Below are positions 10,942 to 23,399 of a DNA stretch of 64,000 nucleotides, in pieces. The DNA is from Mayamaea pseudoterrestris (Eukaryota): assembly GCA_027923505.1 (NCBI GenBank), contig BROI01000001.1:372001-436000 (forward strand), in the 5' to 3' direction. Position 1 is the stretch's first letter; each line of letters opens with the position of its first letter. The notes under the pieces were generated by a model. The model searched no databases. It was not told the origin of the DNA and saw only the letters and a program-made list of their open reading frames with translations. Made by a program: the position numbers and the translations under genes.

Positions 10942-11517
10942 GCTCAGCGTACTTGTCCAACTGTTCGACTCGACAAGCGCCTGGTTGGAGGGAAGATCGA
11001 CCAGAAGATCTTGACGGTCGCTGAAAAGACTGCCACTCGGAGTCGAAGCTTTTCAATGTCAGGTGCGATCATTTTAGATACACCACAATAATGGTGCGAA
11101 TGCACCCCCCGGCTATAAGTACTGCGTAAAACCATTGATCCTACCACCTCCCCGCCCCGCGAATGTGTTAATTAACGCTATTGAGACATTCAATTCCAGT
11201 TCGTTTGGCACGACTGCATTGACACCCAACAAAGGAAGTGCTCATCTGTATCTATCATAACTACGAAATTATCCACCCAGCCTTTCCATGCTTCAATATC
11301 TCTATCATATCAATCGTCTAAAAGTCGAATGTTAACATAATCAGGCTAATGGTAACTAGCTTTCGCATCCTATAAACTCCTATTTGTCTCTCGATGCCCA
11401 TCAGGCGGACCGCAACCGCCAACATATCGCGGTCAGCAGCGATTTAGCAACGCCAGATATGTCGGTCCTTGACGTATTCTCCATACCCTTCCGCATGCAA
11501 CTATAAAGAGACCGAAT

Positions 11518-13083
11518 TTACTTCTTCAATGATAGCGAGCAGTACGACTTGCCCAAGGCAATGCTCACCACCAACTTGTCGGTGCGATCCGGGTCATTGT
11601 CGTCATACGACATGCTACATACTTCAATAATAAGTGGTTGTTGCATTTTTTGCCAGTTTCGAACCTTGTATTGCTCTCCGACGCTCAAACCAGCCACTGA
11701 CTGTGATCGGCTTGGGTCGTTGCGGGTAATGGTCAGCATGTTTCGCTTCTCCTCCGTGTCTTTGTTGAACTTTTTGGCTCGATTGAACTGCAGAAAATAC
11801 ACGTTGTTAATATTGATCAAGACTGGTCGTCTCCCGGCCGTGTCGTAGTCGACGAAGGAAACCATTGCTATGCGCCGAGGAGTCGAAACATCATCGATTT
11901 GCAAAGCGTTGGATGCGTACCATCCAAGCTGCCAGTTTTTAAACCCGTCAAAGCACTTTAGCGGATATGTACTGCTGAGTTGTCCATAGCCCTGTGCAAC
12001 CCCGTACAAGAATTCATCATTGTGTGAGACAAAACGATGGGGCAATCAAAGCGCGACACGCAACAGAAGTTTTGCTGATGCTTGCAGAAATGCGCACGGC
12101 GCGACCAAACTCAACAAACGCATGACTCTCACCATATACCCCGTCTTGTCGCCATACGACAAGTCTGGATCTAAGGTTCCTTCCCCCGAATGGAGCAGCC
12201 CCAAGTTATGTCCAATCTCATGCATGCCGGCGCTCAATGACATGGCCCACTTGTCATTGTACGTGGATCTCCAGTAGTTTACGCCCGCATTGGACAGCCA
12301 GGGTGTTCCAAGCGTGCCGGGCGGCAGTACAATCATCATGCGAGTCGCCAGGGTTGATACGGAGCTAACTCTTCTCAACGCCGCAAGCCGCTGCAGCGCC
12401 GCATCCACCAGTGCCGCCGGTGTGGCAAAGGCTGTGACGGAAGCATTTATTTCAACTGTTTGGCCGTCGGCATAAACAAAGTTTAGTTGATTGAAGCTGC
12501 ATTTACTATACTGCTCGCGAATGCTTGGACTCGTGTCGGTCGTGGTTCTTCCTACAATTTGCCGCTTGAGCGCTGGTAATGAATATGTTGGTTCAGAATC
12601 TGTCGTGCTGACGCGCAATATGAAAATGGTTTGCTTGCCCGACGCAGGATTGAGTAGTGTGGGCGAGACACCTGTACTTGCGGTGCCGGATGCCCGAGCG
12701 TTTGTGGATGATTGCAAAGGACTCGAGGAGAGAATCTTGTACCTTGTGTTTTCGGTCGTGACGATGCGAGCGTCCTTTGAGCGCGCGTTGATAATCTTGA
12801 TCCAAAGTGTCCCTTGCAGCAAATCAGCTTGATAATATTGCTGCAAATCACTTGGAAAGTTGTCGATTGGCCAGATGTAATCGTTCTGGTAAATGCAGGC
12901 TACTTCCTGTCCATACTTGCCACTGGCGTAGAAGGTGTTTGACATTGTCATTTGACACTTGAATGACGTTGCTTCACTAATGGCAAGCTGTCGGCTTTTC
13001 ACTTTGGCGTGGCATGGTGAAAGAATGTTTCCCAACACCAAAAGCAGTAGCTTGTGAAGAATGAATTGTCGAGTAGCACCCAT
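11518..13083 (-). CDS. Gametolysin-like M11 zinc metalloprotease, secreted; exons 13083-12133 and 11991-11518
   Basis: Signal peptide, HEIGHNLGLLHS, YGDKTGYM|GY Met-turn across a phase-0 GTGAG..CAG intron, CFDGFKNWQLGWY. Confidence 0.9.
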
Positions 13084-13724
13084 GTTGAAGCGTTGAAGAG
13101 CGCGATGAGAAAAGCTTGGAAAACTCTTGTAGAAGCCAAAGAGTCGTCAAGCTGCGACGTTAATATACAAATATCGACAAGTACAAGTGAAGCAATTAGA
13201 CTGTGAAAAGCAAAAGGATGCTGAGAGGTATTTGAAATGCAAGGGCGTGTTACCAAGCACTGCCAAAATTGTCGATTGACGCGGCTGCGAACAGCCATGG
13301 ATTTCGTCGAGCACAATCCACAATGCAACACTGCAAAAAGGCAAACAACGCTCTCTCGTACCTTTGTGCTATAAACAATGCGTGCTGCTCATGAGCGCAA
13401 TGGCTAGCCGCTTCGTCAGACAGAGAATGACTTGATCAACGATCGTGCATGACCACGCGCGGTCATGGTGGACTGATTGTGGCTCTGCAATATTGAATAC
13501 TCCGCTCCTGCGATGTCACAAAGAAGAAAACAGCTAATCTTCAATATTGCCCCTTTCATTATCTTCTGCATGCAATTCCCACCGCTAATAGCGCACTAAT
13601 TGGGTACACCGCTTGAAACATACAGTACTCGTAAACATGATTATAACAATACACACTGCCAACACTACTATACTACTTCAACATACTTGAACATGGGCGC
13701 ACGCGTATGAGACGTTCCATTTGA

Positions 13725-16063
13725 CTACAAAAAGGAATGTTCCGGCAAGGACGGCATTTCCACGTCATCATTGTACGTTGGTCCAACTTCAGCATCATCT
13801 TCCGTGTCTGGTTTCATCAAATCTTCCTCTTCATTCGAAGAATCGGACGAAAAGGAAGCGCTGCGAGAAGCGTTGGTTTGTTCCGTATTGGGACTACGCT
13901 GGCGCTTTGGTTTGAAGAAGCCATCCATTTCGCGACTTGCGCGGTACTCCATCTCCTGCGCCCACCAAAGGCGATGCATGTAGGTAAGTGTAACGAGTGA
14001 GAAGCAAGTGATGAAGAGAATCATGACAATGTTCTTGTGAGGCTTCTTGGAATGGGAGTTGGACGGAGACTTATCGACAGCAAAGTTGCTATCATTATGC
14101 CGGTTCATGACTGTATTGTACTCGAATGCGTTACCCTGAGTAAGACTGTTTTGATCATCGTCATTGCCATTGTCATCATCGTCGACGTGACTGTTGTTCT
14201 TGCTCTTGCTTTCTTCGATGGGTCTTGTCGGACTGCTGGTTGCCACGTCGATCGACGGTTCGATCGTCGGACCCTCGGTGATGGCGGCGCTGCTGCTGCT
14301 TGCAATAGTAGTACTAGCGGTCGGGCTACTTGTTTCAATGCTCATCGTGCTGCTGGCCGTCGGAAAGCTCGTGGCAACGCGACTCGTCGTTGGGCTGTAG
14401 GTCGGTCGCCTCGTCGTAGGACTTGCCGTCGCGGCAACAACGTCATTGTCGCTTCGACTACTCGCCGCGTACAAGAGCGAGCAAACTGACGAGTCTGGCC
14501 CAATTCCAACAATCAATACATCCGCAGTCGATCCAGTAGCATCGGAACTGACGCTGCAAACAACAATTACTACTCCATTCGCAACAAACGGATTATCATT
14601 CTCGGTCAAACTTGCCACCAAGTTAGTTCCGCTGGAGGTTTTCTGAACAATGACGAGTGTATCAGGATGTTCGCCTGTGTCGCTGTTGTAACTCTTGGCG
14701 CGATTGTACTGCAAGTAAAGTCCCATGCTGACAATTTCCAAGACAACATATTGACTTGGATTAGTCAATTTGTAGTCTACAAATGCCGCCACTTGATATA
14801 AATTCGATACTCCAGTATCCACTTGTAGCAAGCGATCGTCGTACCAGCCCAATTGAGCGTGGTTTTCCGCATTATAGCATCGCTGCGGAAAGTCGACCTT
14901 TTCAGTTGCCGATCCCATGAAGCCTGTAGTGTCGCCATAGTCCATGCCGCCTTCCCAAGAATGCATCAAGCCAAAGCTGTATATTGAAAGCGAGAATATG
15001 GGTAAGATGAAGGTAGCAAGCTTGCACTTACTCAATTATTTGTGCGCATTCAAACAGCAGAGTTAATTAATAATTCATTCAACGAATTCACTCACTTGTG
15101 TCCCACTTCATGCGCCATGCCTCCCATATACGTAGCCCATACATCATTAAAGACAGTTTGCTGTCCCGGAATGGTTCCAAAGGCGGCCCAGTCAAACTGC
15201 GCCCGGCCCGATCCCGTGGAAATGGTTCCCGGTGGCAAAACAAACATGATTAAATCCGAAAGATTTCGAACGTCTGTGATGCTACTGTCGCTGCGTTGCA
15301 CCACTGGCAGTGCTGCATCATACGCTTCATTGACCAAGTCCAAGTAGTTGCGTCCATTGGCCGACAAGTTGACGCGAGCGTCCAAGACGCCAAAGGACGT
15401 TGGCGCAATATTAAGCTTTCCAGCCGAGCAGCGAAGCAGTTGCGATCGGAGCGACATGGATGAATCGAAAACATAGTAGTGCATTTCGTCACTCGTCGGA
15501 GTTGGTTGCGCGTCATTGGCAATGATACGAATGACAATGGCAGTCAATGTTCCCGAGTTGGGAGGTGCGCCAAGCAAGTGGCGATGGTCATGCCGTATCA
15601 TGCTGCTGCTCGCAGTCTCATCTTCATGGAAAAGCTCCAATGATGCATCCTTTGCAATCACAACTTTGTTTTCGGCAATGCGTCCATTTGAAATCTTAAG
15701 AAACAAGAGTTTGCCTCTGGCGAGGCGAGGCTTGGCGCTTTTGAGAATCTCGATCAACGGCGCATCTTCATCCTTGTCCTCGGTGAAGCTATACGTGTAT
15801 GGGAGCGTGACTCCAAACTCGACTGGCTGACACGAGACAAAATCGCGAGACGTATGCGATGCTTGTTTTTGCTGCTTTTGCAAGGCATTAAAAAGGACTA
15901 ATCGGCAGTGCAGGACGGATGCAGAGTCCTTGTCCTGGCTTGTTGTTGCGACAGTCGCAGCAGGAGATGCCGCAGCAGCAGTCGTTACTTGCAGTAGAGC
16001 CAAAAGCATCATTGCAAAGCATCGAAGACTGTAGCAACATGACGCTATTGTCCTTCTCTTCAT
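13725..16063 (-). CDS. Gametolysin-like M11 metalloprotease with Ser/Thr stalk and C-terminal TM helix; exons 16063-15096 and 14976-13725 (ORF stays open upstream to 16423, start uncertain)
   Basis: HEVGH-N|FGLMHS is joined by a GTGAG..CAG intron. YGDTTGFMG, CYNAENHAQLGWY, T/S/P-rich region, hydrophobic IVMILFITCFSLVTLTYM. Confidence 0.88.
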
Positions 16064-16819
16064 TGCTTGAGTGATGCTGCTCCTCCTTTCGTCAAGTACA
16101 AGCGGTGATCGCTCCGCTGGTGAAAGAGCGTCTTTGGCTTGTAAAAGAGCATGCCGGATTACCTCCGCAGCCTTGTTGCGACCTTCCGCCGCTTTAGCCG
16201 ACTCGTGTTTCCCGTCATGGTCCTTTTCCTGGACATCGTCATGACCCCGTTCCTCTTCGTCCCCGCCAAGATTAGGATCGACTGGACCAGGCAGCATCGA
16301 GTCGTCACGGCCCGGATAGAGATCCGTCGATTGTGCCAGGACTGTACTGGAAGGCAGATTCGTAATCATTATGAAGAGATGATTTAGTTTGCCGCAATAA
16401 CACAAGGGAAGATAGAGGTGCAAGTACTATGGTCTTGAATTTGGTGGAGGGAATAGATGATGGAAGCATTGCTCATTGGCTTTTTTAGCTCGTGGAAAGG
16501 TTCGTCATCAGAACGTTGAATGTCGCAGTTAAAACCAGTAAGACTTTTGTTCACAATACATACTACCTGAAGCAATACACGATGCTCAACTACAGATATC
16601 ATAGCATGCATGTGGATAGATCCAACTAAAACAACAGCAACAATAGAATTACGTGCGATCCCGTTCATTGGGTGCATATAAATGGGTCATCTTATACCAG
16701 CTTCGGCACCATTCTATACCGGTACTAACTTCCGTCCTCGTCAACTTACAATTTTTGGATGGAAGCGAGAAAAGCCTGTTTCGCCGACGATCAACTCGTC
16801 GGCAATGATAATTTGCATC

Positions 16820-18187
16820 TCAATTCCCACTTGATAGCATGCCTATCATCTTCTCGCCAAGTCCCGACATATCCATGCACATGATGCAGCATTCGACAGC
16901 AATCAATCCGACGATGATCCATTCCAACGTGTTGGACTTTTGCGACTGCAACACCTCTAGAAAAAACTTGGCATTCTGCTGAATCAAATTCAACTTCATT
17001 TCGATGCTGTCAAACCGGTCGTCAATTTCAAACTCGTCGCGTAGCGCCGAATGTATGTCTTGATACTTGGTCAGGTTCCAAGCCGTGTCGTTGCGATCCT
17101 TGATGCGAATCTTTGAAATCATGTCGATAAAGATGGAGTTGTTCTTGGCAACAGTTTGAAACAAGAATTGCTTGTGCGAGGCATCAAACTTGCCGTTTCC
17201 GCCATTCGCCACGCCGCTGCTCGTAATGGAGGAGTTAATTTTGGCAAACTGCGAAAGCATGTCGTCGACCATGTCATTGTAGGAGTCTAACGCAACAGTC
17301 TGAGCCAAGATATTGCTAATGACAGCAACCCCATTCATGTCGAGCTCTGGAACGACGCAATAGTCACCCGTGACGATGCGCGAGGGCGTTTGCTGCTGCT
17401 GTTGCGAAACCTCATTGTTTCTACTACCTTGCTCATCAACGCCGTCAAGTGAATTGTTCGCATCATGTTGTAAATGCTGCTGCTGGTTCTTTGGTTGCAA
17501 AAGCATAATTCCAAATCGCTCCGTTCGCTCCGACCCTTCCAACACTGGCTCCCTTGCGTACAGCTTTTTAATGTTGGCAACGAGCTCATTGCGCTCGCGC
17601 GGACTCATGTTAATGCAAACAACCGATCCGAACCGAAAGACAGCTACATATCGTGGTGGATCTTGGGGTGCATGGGGAGGAAGCTGAACGACAAAGGAAT
17701 TCTTGTGAAACATTTGCTTCTTTATAAAATCGCGCGCAAATATAGTCGACAGGACGGGCGACAAGTCAATCGTTTGTGCAATATGAATCGCCAGTACTGG
17801 GAACAGCTTGTCAGAAGTTTTCTCATTGGTTGTTGTATCTGTAGTTGATGTTGTTGTTGCTGCCAAAGAGTTGCTCGTGCCGACAGCTTGAGCGGCGGCA
17901 ACCCTCTTCGTTTGGCTTCGAGCGCCCAGCTGCCAGCGCGACGGTACCCGAGCCCCTATACGTCGTCGACGCGATAAAGACACTGAGATTGGTTTTTGGG
18001 ACGAATATTGCCGCGTTAACGATATTAGACAAACCATACGATGCTTGAATGGTTGGCCTTGTGCTAATGACAAACCAATGCTTGCTGAAGCGTGACAAAA
18101 AAGCCGATGCAGGTTCGACGGCCCAGGAAGATTCCTCAACACTGTTCTAGGTTCCTGCAGCACTGTCCGTGCAAACACTGAAAACAT
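16820..18187 (-). CDS. RMND1/Rmd1/Sif2 family (DUF155) protein, probably mitochondrial
   Basis: VFRFGSVV, ISNILAQTVALD, AWN..Y..LRDEFEIDDRF..IEMKLNLIQ, KSNTLEWIIVGLIAVE. The N-terminus is Arg/Ser-rich. Confidence 0.88.
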   Translation of the reverse strand: MFSVFARTVLQEPRTVLRNLPGPSNLHRLFCHASASIGLSLAQGQPFKHRMVCLISLTRQYSSQKPISVSLSRRRRIGARVPSRWQLGARSQTKRVAAAQAVGTSNSLAATTTSTTDTTTNEKTSDKLFPVLAIHIAQTIDLSPVLSTIFARDFIKKQMFHKNSFVVQLPPHAPQDPPRYVAVFRFGSVVCINMSPRERNELVANIKKLYAREPVLEGSERTERFGIMLLQPKNQQQHLQHDANNSLDGVDEQGSRNNEVSQQQQQTPSRIVTGDYCVVPELDMNGVAVISNILAQTVALDSYNDMVDDMLSQFAKINSSITSSGVANGGNGKFDASHKQFLFQTVAKNNSIFIDMISKIRIKDRNDTAWNLTKYQDIHSALRDEFEIDDRFDSIEMKLNLIQQNAKFFLEVLQSQKSNTLEWIIVGLIAVECCIMCMDMSGLGEKMIGMLSSGN

Positions 18188-18563
18188 TGTGGTAGTTTCG
18201 TGTAGCAGTCTTTAACGAGCATCGAAACATGAATCAATGAGCGTTTTCCGTGCCAGGGAATTCTGACATGGTGGATGGTTGCGCATCGCGTCCAAAACGT
18301 GCAGTATCTTACCGGTACTTGACTGACGTCATTGATTGCGTGACCGCGTCGCGCGCCGCGCCTTCCGTGGGCCGTCGACTGCAACATCATCTTCCACAAC
18401 AACTCACCTCCAACTCATCAAGACTTGTTGTGTGTTCTTGCCATCAAGCACTTGATTGTAGCAAAACAATATACTTCAAAGCCGAGTGGACCTGACTACC
18501 GATAGGCGATCCATCCATCCATCACATTACTCGCTACAACTGCCATTCGTACAAACGACAAAC

Positions 18564-19332
18564 ATGACGCGACTATTCTGCTGCACACTTCTAGCGCTAT
18601 ATGCGAGTACAATAAATGCGTGGACTTCAACGTCGTCAATGATTAGTGCATTTAATGGAAGGCTCGTATTGGAACGTACATCCGCCGCCTCAAATACGGT
18701 CTTGTGCATGAAGAAGAACCGAAGTGTTCCGCCGCACATGCGCAGCCAGTATGCTCGCATGCAGGAAATGCAGACGCAGCGCGACCAAATGATGGCCAAT
18801 AGCAAGCCTGGAGCGGATGGATTGCCTGTTTTTAACTTGTATGTGAGAGCGAACGGAAAAGGAGTGAGTAGGACAAAACGAGTCTGGAGTGTTGCTCGTT
18901 GATGGATGGATGCTTGATGGAACGTACGAGGTTATCATGCTTATTCGTGTCGTATACTAACCGCCTTATTTTCCCATTCCATTCATTCTGCAGATGTGGT
19001 ATCCATGCGGCTCTTTCAAAGGTGACGAGCGCTCCGCTGCCCTTGCCAAGTCATACTCGGACGGCGGTCTCATGTCGGGTCTATCGAAGAATCAGCTTGA
19101 TGCTGGCATTTCCGGTTCATTGTTTCGCGACAAGGACAAGCTGATTGAAAGCTTGGTGCGAGCGCTTCCACAGTTGCGACAGAGTCGAGACAATTTGGAA
19201 TTTGGTTACAAGTTAGCGTTTGAAGGACTTGATGAAGACAAGGCAAAAATTGAGCCGATTGAAGTCAAGGAGCAAAAGGGAATTTTCGATAACATCAAGA
19301 ATGCGTTCAACTTTGGAGGAGGTGAAAAGTAG
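18564..19332 (+). CDS. HHL1-like (DUF6523-type) plastid protein; exons 18564-18863 and 18994-19332
   Basis: Bipartite presequence (..STINA-WTS). LPVFNLYVR and WYPCGSFKG..FGYK resemble HHL1. GTGAG..CAG phase-0 intron. Confidence 0.7.
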
Positions 19333-19537
19333 GGAAACAAATAACTAACTCATTACGACCGTGACATTTAAACATTTATTCAATCGACTGTTCACTATCT
19401 TAACTCGACTTCGTCTGACTCAACTTCATTGACCTTGTATCGCTGCGCCATCTTAATCTCGATACCTTCTTTTATTCTTCTACACAACACGAGTAACACA
19501 TATATTGACAACCAAACTATTCCGCTTGTCTGCTTCA

Positions 19538-21184
19538 TCAATTGTTCGCATCCATCATTAGTCCCATGTGCTCGGCCCAACTGTAAAGGTCGTCGTCGAG
19601 CTTGCCGGATGCATTTTGAAATGGTGTATGGCTACGAGTTTCCAACGGCATGAGCTGTGAGTACCCATGCGCCGATGAAGATGCGCCCTCCTCACAGTAT
19701 CCATTACGAAAGAGCGGTAATGGCGGCGGCGACCAGTAGGCATGCGCTTCATGGTCGTGACTGTCGCTCGTGACGCTTGGTGGAATGAGGAGCGGCTGCA
19801 CGTAGCCTGGACTCGCTGGGCTAACGCACTGCATGTACGCGGGCGTTGCTGGCGAGGGCATGCTAATGGTGTCTCGGTTTGCCTTTCCAAACATGACTGG
19901 CGACGCAGCCGGCGTCATTGTTCCGTGATGATGAAAGCAAATGCCGCAGTTGCCATTCGCGCAGGTTGCTGCCGTACCCATGCCTGCAAACGACAACGAG
20001 TGATCGTAGTCGTCGAACCAAAAGTCTGCAAAATTGCTCAAAAGCTGCGCGTGCTGGTCATCGCCATCGTCAAGGTGCAAATCTCGGATTGGTTCCCACA
20101 CACCGCTTTCTTCATCGCTAACGTTATCCAAATCTTCCGCGATCATTCCATATTCGAACGAAATTGGCCGAAACGACGGCAAGACGCTTGAGACGGAGCT
20201 ACCTTGCTTGTTCCGCATTAGAGTCTTTCGAGTTGGCTCCGGCTTTGCCATGCGAGTGGTGAGCTGCTTATCGTTCGGGAAACGGCGTCCAATTAGATCA
20301 GAGTTATCCGCCATTGTTCTTCCATCTTCTTCCGTATACTGCCTTGCAATGCCACTTCCTTCTCCATTGGTTTGCTCTTGCTGCAACTGATTGATCTTGT
20401 GTTGCTTCAAAAACAAGAAATCTAGAAAGTGGTGCGGCTTTTTGCGCGACTCGCACGTGGCCTTGCGGTTGCGCTTGCGTACATTGGTCGTCCAATTGAC
20501 CACCTGCGAGTGTGATAGCTGCGTTTGCTGCATCAAGTACTGTATGTCGGCATTGGTTGGAAAGGGTTGATGGACGTTATGAATCATCCAGGTCATCAAG
20601 ACGTCCGTCTGCTGCTTTGTGTATTTTGTGGCAATGGGAGCACCCGACATTGGTGTTGCGGTGGCGTTCATGTCCAATGCGCCTGACTTGGCGATTGCTG
20701 GCAACACGGCATTACTGCTGTCACCATGAATGCTACGACTAGTATCTGGGCTCACTTGCGTGGACGCAGTCCCTGTAGTCGCTCGTTTGGTGGCTTCCAT
20801 GGCCTGTAGTTCGCGCTGGAGTGTCTTGATAATGTCATCGACGAGAATGTCGGTCATTGGATGAACGTCCCGAGCAATTGTACGTGGAGGAGCATTCAAT
20901 AGTTTGGCTTGCAACGTAGAGACGGCGCGTAGAACTTCGTCGGTTTGGAGTGGAGCGCCCGAGTGACTTGGCTTTCGATTAGCGACTCCGTGAGTGATTG
21001 TCGTTGAATAACCGCCCGAATGATACTGTTGACGACCCAGCTTGACCATTGCTGCCAAAGAAACAATCGTTGGGAAGTCTTGATGCTGCAAAAGGAGACT
21101 GAAATCATCGACCGGCCCCTCAAGCTCCCGCTTGTTGCTGCCGCGCGACGACCCGCTGCTTGCCACCTTGTCGGGAGTCTGCAT
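19538..21184 (-). CDS. TALE-class homeodomain transcription factor
   Basis: QTDVLMTWMIHNVHQPFPT..L..QTQLSHSQVVNWTTNVRKRNRK. Confidence 0.88.
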   Translation of the reverse strand: MQTPDKVASSGSSRGSNKRELEGPVDDFSLLLQHQDFPTIVSLAAMVKLGRQQYHSGGYSTTITHGVANRKPSHSGAPLQTDEVLRAVSTLQAKLLNAPPRTIARDVHPMTDILVDDIIKTLQRELQAMEATKRATTGTASTQVSPDTSRSIHGDSSNAVLPAIAKSGALDMNATATPMSGAPIATKYTKQQTDVLMTWMIHNVHQPFPTNADIQYLMQQTQLSHSQVVNWTTNVRKRNRKATCESRKKPHHFLDFLFLKQHKINQLQQEQTNGEGSGIARQYTEEDGRTMADNSDLIGRRFPNDKQLTTRMAKPEPTRKTLMRNKQGSSVSSVLPSFRPISFEYGMIAEDLDNVSDEESGVWEPIRDLHLDDGDDQHAQLLSNFADFWFDDYDHSLSFAGMGTAATCANGNCGICFHHHGTMTPAASPVMFGKANRDTISMPSPATPAYMQCVSPASPGYVQPLLIPPSVTSDSHDHEAHAYWSPPPLPLFRNGYCEEGASSSAHGYSQLMPLETRSHTPFQNASGKLDDDLYSWAEHMGLMMDANN

Positions 21185-22304
21185 ACTCGTGGCGGCTACT
21201 GTCGACGGCGTTGCTGGAGTCGATAAGCACTTGACAAGAGAATGTAATGCGAGCCTTTCGATGGCCTAAATTGTGCGTGAACATGGTGATGACCTTCGAC
21301 CCTGCGAGACCGGTTTGATGTAGTTTAAGAATTTTCGCCCGTGGTTCTTGGAAGAACCAATATGACAAATCGCGCACCTCCTTTTACATGTGACAAGCCA
21401 TCATCCATCGAGCGAGTAGTGTCGGCTGCGCAGAGTTTTATAGCATAGAGAGATCAAGCAAAGCATTTCAGAGCCTCGTGCATTCGCAATTCGCATTCGC
21501 TCAATGAATCTGACTGGCATGGTCATCCACATAACGTCGTTGCCTTCAACCGCCATTATTTTCAAACGTTTCGATGAATCTACATCAACGTTAACAAAGA
21601 CTCAAGTCAATCCCACCTCCGATGGTTCTAATAACTTCGTCGTTGATTGGCAATTCATAGATAACGCGCATGCTTCGATAAACGCTCGTCAACGACACAA
21701 ACCTGAGACGCTTTGCATGATCCACAGGTCCTTTGCGCATACACTCGTGTATTCCTCTGTTTGGTGTATTCTTTGATTTCTCAACTTTCGTTTGCTAGCT
21801 TATGAGTATAACATTGGTCCAAATTATCATGGTTGACGAGCGAGAGGTTTGTGGTCCTCGTTCCATTACACATACCGGTACGACGTCTTCCAAATTCAAT
21901 GCCTACGATAGCTATAGTTCCAGAAAACAATCTGAAAGCCTACTACACCCGCATATCTAACTTTGTCTTTTTTCGCAAATCTGACGGACAGTCGGACGTC
22001 AATAAAGCTATCTTCCCAATTCTTTGACCTTTTGCGGGCCGAGAATCTAGACCCTCTGCGAACTGCGGATTGAAATACGCCGCAAATTCATCCAAAAATG
22101 ACAAATATATCTAGGCTGGCTGAGCAGCATGCTAGGATACTGTATAGTACAAAAGCGAATGTCAACTTACAATCGGTCCATGGAAATGGTTATCTACTAT
22201 AGAACGCCTGATGCTCCGTCGCGCTCCATTTCATATCAGCAATCTCGACCAATTCATTCTCGTCCAATAAGTCAAAGTCGTCAAGGTGCGTCGGATCGAA
22301 ACCA

Positions 22305-22745
22305 TCAGTTTGCTTCCAAGTGAACGAGTCGCGCATTCATACACTTCATTTCCGCCTTCAACTCCTTCATTTCCGCCTTCAACTCCTTCATTTCCGCCTT
22401 CAACTCCTTCATTTCCGCCTTCAACTCCTTGCTTTCCGCCTCCAAGCCGGCATTAGCCGCAGCCAATTTATTGACTCGCGTGTTCAAGCGCTTGGTTTCG
22501 GCGTTCGTATTCGGCGCAGAATTCGGCGCAGAATACGGCGAATAAGCTGGAGGCATGTTGTTGGGACGATGCGGCGGCAGCGGCGGCAAGTTGGCGATGT
22601 TGAACGGCGGTGGCGGGTATAGATGCCATTGCTGACGCATTCGCTCTCCTTCGTTTAGATAGGCCCGCTGATAGTTTGCATTGTTTGCCAGCCAGGCTGC
22701 CTCATTCGGAGTGCGGTTCTTGGCGGCAAGGTAGCGGCGGTCCAT
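22305..22745 (-). CDS. Hypothetical protein: Pro-rich segment + heptad repeat coiled coil (ELKAEMK)n
   Basis: 146-aa ORF with perfect 7-aa repeats; no family recognised. Confidence 0.4.
   Translation of the reverse strand: MDRRYLAAKNRTPNEAAWLANNANYQRAYLNEGERMRQQWHLYPPPPFNIANLPPLPPHRPNNMPPAYSPYSAPNSAPNTNAETKRLNTRVNKLAAANAGLEAESKELKAEMKELKAEMKELKAEMKELKAEMKCMNARLVHLEAN
22344..22448. repeat. 21-bp minisatellite (4 perfect copies + 1 degenerate)
   Basis: CTTCATTTCCGCCTTCAACTC at 22344, 22365, 22386 and 22407, then CTTGCTTTCCGCCTCCAAGCC. Confidence 0.95.
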
Positions 22746-23399
22746 CTCTTTGAGCTGGCTTACAGTATACTGTAAAGTATAAAAGGTAGAGTGAGTCGGG
22801 TTGAAGTCAATTACGATTGAGCAAGCGGATCTGAACGGCAGGTTCGAGTCGATTCGTGTCGTTTCGAACTACAACTCGTTACTTCTGAAAGCGAGGGCTC
22901 TACTCTGTAACCATGGTCATTCGCAGGCTTACAGGCATCATCTGTACCTCCAACGTACCATGGTTGTGCCGGAAAAGAGAGTCGTATGGTGGCACCGGAG
23001 AATGAAGCGAACTATGATCGTCGCATTGGGCGGGCTGTGAAGGATCAAGGCTTTCGCAGCGTGGAAGGGCGCGCGCGCCATCGCCTGGCGCGAAAACGAA
23101 GATCCACAATGAGCGCGTTGTTAGTTAGGGATAAGATTATTAGTCGGAAGCGTTCACGAGTATAGATGAAAAGAGTACCGAGGTTTCCTCTTCCGACCAT
23201 TTCGCTGAGAGCAAGAGTCACCGTCAGTCGTGGAGAAACACACATGCGCCTGATCAAAATGACTATGAAAGCAGACTATTGTAGCTGCCAGTGAATGCCG
23301 CGCGGGATATGCGCCACTCCGAAACGAAGAACAGGAAAGCCTGAAGAGGCTGTTCGCTGCGAACGCCACTGGCGTGGCTTGAAGGAACTTAATATCCAA

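Noticed and set aside
21481..21500. Short ATTCGC-type repeat upstream of the homeobox gene
   Set aside because: Only about three copies of a 6-mer; compatible with chance or slippage.
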